DNA from: a virus
Direction: 5' to 3' (one strand)
IMG/VR virus record: IMGVR_UViG_3300021371_001301
Location: 1,675-65,674 of that record
Length of the DNA: 64,000 nt
Every line of letters begins with the position of its first letter. Positions within the stretch are counted from its first letter, which is position 1. A program made the position numbers and the translations under genes. Positions 60,900-64,000 of the stretch are shown here, piece by piece. The notes under the pieces were generated by a model. It was not told the origin of the DNA and ran no database searches. It worked only from the letters and a program-made list of their open reading frames with translations.

Positions 60900-61548
60900 T
60901 AGAAATATTAACTATTTACATTTTGGTCTTACAAGTAAGTGTACACTCAAATGTCCAGAGTGTGTACGAACAATGAGTAATCCTACGCTTAATACAGTAT
61001 GGCGTGATATTAAAGAGCAACGACAAATTGATTGGAAGCAATACCGATCAATTATTAAAGATTTATCATACAACTCAATACTATTTTGTGGTAATTGGGG
61101 CGATCCAATATACTATACTGGTCTAATAGAGTTTATCGTTTATATTAAAACTGTTACTGATGTTCCTATAGTTATTCACACAAACGGTAGTTATAAAGAT
61201 GCTAATTTTTGGCGTCAGTTAGGAACAGTATTACAACAAGATGATAATGTTGTGTTTAGCATTGACGGATTAATAGATGATGACCAATATCGTATTAATA
61301 GTGATGCCACTAGTAGAAGGTTAGGTATTAGTACACTTGCTAATATATTACCCGAAGAAACTCGACCAAGAGTAAGTCAAAAATGTATATTATTTCGTTA
61401 TAATGAAAATAGAATCTGGCAAATAGTAACTGAATCTCGCAAACTTGGTTTTGACTGTATAATTTTTGATACGCCTATCACAGATAATAATCCAGATCTG
61501 ACACCACATTATTTTGGAGACAGATTCGAGGTACATTTTGATGAGTAG
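60889..61548 (+). CDS. Radical SAM core domain lacking SPASM (#19), similar to #9
   Basis: CTLKCPEC, CGNWGDP, HTNGS, FSIDG. Start moved to ATG 60889. Confidence 0.85.
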   Translation: MPFSRNINYLHFGLTSKCTLKCPECVRTMSNPTLNTVWRDIKEQRQIDWKQYRSIIKDLSYNSILFCGNWGDPIYYTGLIEFIVYIKTVTDVPIVIHTNGSYKDANFWRQLGTVLQQDDNVVFSIDGLIDDDQYRINSDATSRRLGISTLANILPEETRPRVSQKCILFRYNENRIWQIVTESRKLGFDCIIFDTPITDNNPDLTPHYFGDRFEVHFDE

Positions 61549-61825
61549 TATTGATCCAAAATGTCAATCAACTGATATAAATTACCATGTTGAAATAAAC
61601 GGATTGTTCTTACCATGTTGTTGGATAGCTACACATCGTGAAAGTATTAAAGATCTACGTGAAAGATTAGGTGATGATTATGACCTTTTGTTTTTGACAA
61701 ATAACGATCCTTATAGTATAATAGACTTGTGGGAAAAACATATCGAAAGTAGTTGGGAAACAGATACTCCTGTGCCCATGTGCAAAATTAAGTGTACTAA
61801 AAAAAGGAACGGCAATGGAGTTTAA
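61541..61825 (+). CDS. Stand-alone SPASM/twitch Fe-S domain
   Basis: PKC..YHVEINGLFLPCCW..PMCKIKC, matching the C-terminal domain of #9. Confidence 0.75.
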   Translation: MSSIDPKCQSTDINYHVEINGLFLPCCWIATHRESIKDLRERLGDDYDLLFLTNNDPYSIIDLWEKHIESSWETDTPVPMCKIKCTKKRNGNGV

Positions 61826-62771
61826 AAGAGCAGTAATAGAAGTATTTGGTGGATGCAATTACACTTGTAAAATGTGTCCCCAAACTAGTCCAGGTAGAGA
61901 GACTAGTTTTTTAAGACGTATGCCGTTTGACTTATTTGAAAATATATTAGATCAATTAACTGGCTCACCTGTCGTCAACTTGGAAGGCAGCGGTGAACCA
62001 ACGTTAGAGCCTGAGCTTCCACGTTATATAGAAGCAGTTACACGACGAGGATTTCGTCCTTATATATACAGTAATGGTAGTGGCATGCATGGCGATTATA
62101 TGCGTGATTGTGTTGATGCAGGACTTAAACTGTATCGTTTTAGTGTAATAGGATACAACAGAGAACGTTATCAAGAATGGATGAATATAGATAATTGGGA
62201 TCTAATACATCAAAGCACATGTGAAATGCGTGATTATATCAAAAAGAGTGGTAGCGATTGTAGTCTACATAGTTATCATCTAATACTTGATCCCAACCAA
62301 ACAGAATATGAAGTAGAACAGTATCAACAAAATTTTATTTTTCCAACTGGTACAACTGCATATATTTGGAAAATGCACAACTGGAGTGGAAACTATACTC
62401 CTGATTACACAAGAGATGATCGTAAAAAACGAAGTTGTGGCCGCCCGTTTGCAGATGAAATAACATTTAGAGCAGGAGGAACTGGCGGTATGCGAGGAGC
62501 CGTCACACCTTGTTGTCAAACGCTAGGTCCTCCAAATGAAAGTTTAAGTGTATTAGGCCATGCAAGTCATCAGAGTATAGAAGATATTTACTATGGAGAT
62601 GCGTACAACCATCTTCGTAAAGCACACGAAATGGGAGATTGGGATGCTGTTCCTTATTGTAAAGACTGTGATTTTTTATATGAAGATCCTGAAGTATTAG
62701 TATGGAGTAATGACACAAATGCTACACAGGGTCGTATGCTGGGCGTAAATAATATTGCAATATCACAATGA
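61815..62771 (+). CDS. Radical SAM protein with C-terminal SPASM domain (#20)
   Basis: CNYTCKMC, GSGEP. C-terminal CGRPF..VTPCC..YCKDC. Confidence 0.9.
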   Translation: MEFKRAVIEVFGGCNYTCKMCPQTSPGRETSFLRRMPFDLFENILDQLTGSPVVNLEGSGEPTLEPELPRYIEAVTRRGFRPYIYSNGSGMHGDYMRDCVDAGLKLYRFSVIGYNRERYQEWMNIDNWDLIHQSTCEMRDYIKKSGSDCSLHSYHLILDPNQTEYEVEQYQQNFIFPTGTTAYIWKMHNWSGNYTPDYTRDDRKKRSCGRPFADEITFRAGGTGGMRGAVTPCCQTLGPPNESLSVLGHASHQSIEDIYYGDAYNHLRKAHEMGDWDAVPYCKDCDFLYEDPEVLVWSNDTNATQGRMLGVNNIAISQ

Positions 62772-63301
62772 ATATCACTTTTCACGACACACCAAGCCCA
62801 TATGCAACAGTTACTGACGTATTTGATACTCAAGATTTGCAAACTTTTCAGCAAATTGCGGACCAAGCGCCAATGGGAGATAGCTGGATAGAAAATAATA
62901 ACATGGACCAATATGCATGGAAATTGTATCATAAAATATATCCCACGCTTAATCGAAAAACTCAAGATAGAAACAACTGTCTTGAATGCAGTACTGATGC
63001 TAGCTTCTTTAAAATACAAATAAAAAAACTAGAACCAGGGTTTAAACGTAATCGCATACACACCGACAGTGATTGGAAACAATTTGTTACAGTTGTTTAT
63101 TTAGATGGACAAGGACTGGGAACAAAGTTATATGCTAGTAATGAAGGTGACCCTGAGCGTGTTATCCCATATATACACAACACAGGATATTCAATGATAC
63201 CAAATGCAACTAGTTGGCACGATTTTGATCACAGTGCTGACTTTACTGAAATAAGAACTACTCTTATGTTTATACTAGCAAATCGGGGGTTTTATAAATG
63301 A
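62768..63301 (+). CDS. 2OG-Fe(II) oxygenase superfamily protein, similar to 35284-35871
   Basis: IHTD..FVTVVYL..GTKLY..SWHDF..R. Confidence 0.7.
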   Translation: MNITFHDTPSPYATVTDVFDTQDLQTFQQIADQAPMGDSWIENNNMDQYAWKLYHKIYPTLNRKTQDRNNCLECSTDASFFKIQIKKLEPGFKRNRIHTDSDWKQFVTVVYLDGQGLGTKLYASNEGDPERVIPYIHNTGYSMIPNATSWHDFDHSADFTEIRTTLMFILANRGFYK

Positions 63302-63969
63302 GTACAGTTATTCTAATTCCAGTTAGATTAAAAAGTACAAGATTTCCAAACAAGGGCCTAGCTGATCTAAACGGCAAGCCCATGATACGACGAGTTTTTG
63401 ACCGATGCGAAGCCATGGGTTATGATACAGTTGTATTAACAGATACTGATCAATTAAATTCAGTAATACCATCAAGCAACATTGTTCTGACTTCACCAGA
63501 CTGTACCGACGGTACTGACCGCTGTATTAGTGTAATAGGAAGAGAACTCAATTACGACAAATATATTAACGTGCAAGGTGATAATCCTGACGCAACTATA
63601 GAGCCTGTACAAGCTATCGAACGTGCACTTGATACACATTATGTATATCAAGCATATAAGTCAATGACGCCAGAAGGCCGCAGTGATCCAACAGTGTGTA
63701 AAATGGTTATGACCAATGATCGTGTACATTGGTTTTGCAGAAGTGAATTATCATATGGAGAATTTGCACTAGGCTTTCATGGATACACCCAAGAAGCAGC
63801 AGAACGTTGGAGAACATTTACTCGCTATCCGGCTGAAATCACAGAAACTATAGAAGCATTACGTTGGATACAAAATGGTGATGAACTACGTGGTGTTAAA
63901 TGTGAATTTGATGGTATAGAAATAAATGTGCCAAGTGACTTAGAATTATGGAGATCCGTTAATAAATGA
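63298..63969 (+). CDS. kdsB: 3-deoxy-manno-octulosonate cytidylyltransferase-like (CMP-Kdo synthetase family)
   Basis: IPVRLKSTRFPNK.LADLNGKPMI..GTDR..INVQGD.P..GFHGY..EALRW..INVPSDL. Confidence 0.8.
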   Translation: MSTVILIPVRLKSTRFPNKGLADLNGKPMIRRVFDRCEAMGYDTVVLTDTDQLNSVIPSSNIVLTSPDCTDGTDRCISVIGRELNYDKYINVQGDNPDATIEPVQAIERALDTHYVYQAYKSMTPEGRSDPTVCKMVMTNDRVHWFCRSELSYGEFALGFHGYTQEAAERWRTFTRYPAEITETIEALRWIQNGDELRGVKCEFDGIEINVPSDLELWRSVNK

Positions 63970-64000
63970 AAATTTGGAGTTACGGAGACAGTCACCCAGC
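63966..64000 (+). CDS. 5' fragment of a further SGNH-like protein (truncated by window)
   Basis: MKIWSYGDSHP carries the GDS block I motif, with ATGA-type overlap with kdsB. Confidence 0.5.
   Translation, partial: MKIWSYGDSHP

Noticed and set aside
17746-62771. Annotation of the rSAMs as anaerobic sulfatase maturases (AslB/anSME) or PqqE/MoaA
   Set aside because: No sulfatase, PqqA-D or moa genes are in the window, and most enzymes have an inverted domain order. Such labels would reflect generic SPASM similarity only.
712-63019. The many other short alternative-frame and antisense ORFs in the track
   Set aside because: They are nested within longer, motif-bearing, translationally coupled ORFs that already tile the window.
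13704-64000. Bacterial LPS/capsule biosynthesis locus
   Set aside because: No flippase, polymerase, ABC exporter or clear membrane protein is present. The region is contiguous with phage virion genes and uses T4-type late promoters and a UUCG terminator.
1-64000. Stop-codon reassignment or selenocysteine readthrough, as seen in some large phages
   Set aside because: Standard-code ORFs tile the window with tight overlaps and use TAA, TGA and TAG as stops. No motif is interrupted except the split rSAM, which is a frame change rather than a readthrough.
1-64000. tRNA, rRNA, homing endonuclease or transposase genes
   Set aside because: Intergenic gaps are all under ~75 nt and explained by promoters or terminators. 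No such motifs were recognised.

Overview
AT-rich, densely tiled segment that is almost certainly from a very large T4-like (jumbo) tailed phage, probably aquatic (inference). Evidence for this is the virion/tail gene architecture, T4-type TATAAATA late promoters, a C(UUCG)G terminator and sigma70-type promoters. Bases 1-13.6 kb hold a virion module: a 3651-aa structural protein, a ~200-aa conserved virion protein, a tail-fibre-like protein, and a structural protein with a (Tyr-Gly)6 tract. From 13.7 kb to the window end lies an uninterrupted, translationally coupled array of about 54 genes, nearly all soluble tailoring enzymes. These are 20 radical SAM enzymes (15 with an N-terminal twitch/SPASM-type Fe-S domain, 4 with a C-terminal SPASM-type domain of which one is split, 1 cobalamin-binding), 4 GT-A glycosyltransferase-like proteins, 6 SGNH-like proteins, 4 2OG-Fe(II) oxygenases, 2 QueC-like PP-loop ATPases, 2 CMP-sugar synthetases, a nucleotidyltransferase-kinase fusion, a NodU-type carbamoyltransferase, methyltransferases, a PLP enzyme, an SDR and a nitroreductase. 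The best working hypothesis, which is untested, is a phage-encoded macromolecule-decoration system acting on virion proteins/glycans, with DNA hypermodification as the alternative. No tRNA, rRNA, CRISPR array or transposase was seen. All family calls come from motif recognition by eye, without database searches. Several starts were moved from the ORF track to fit RBS or overlap patterns.
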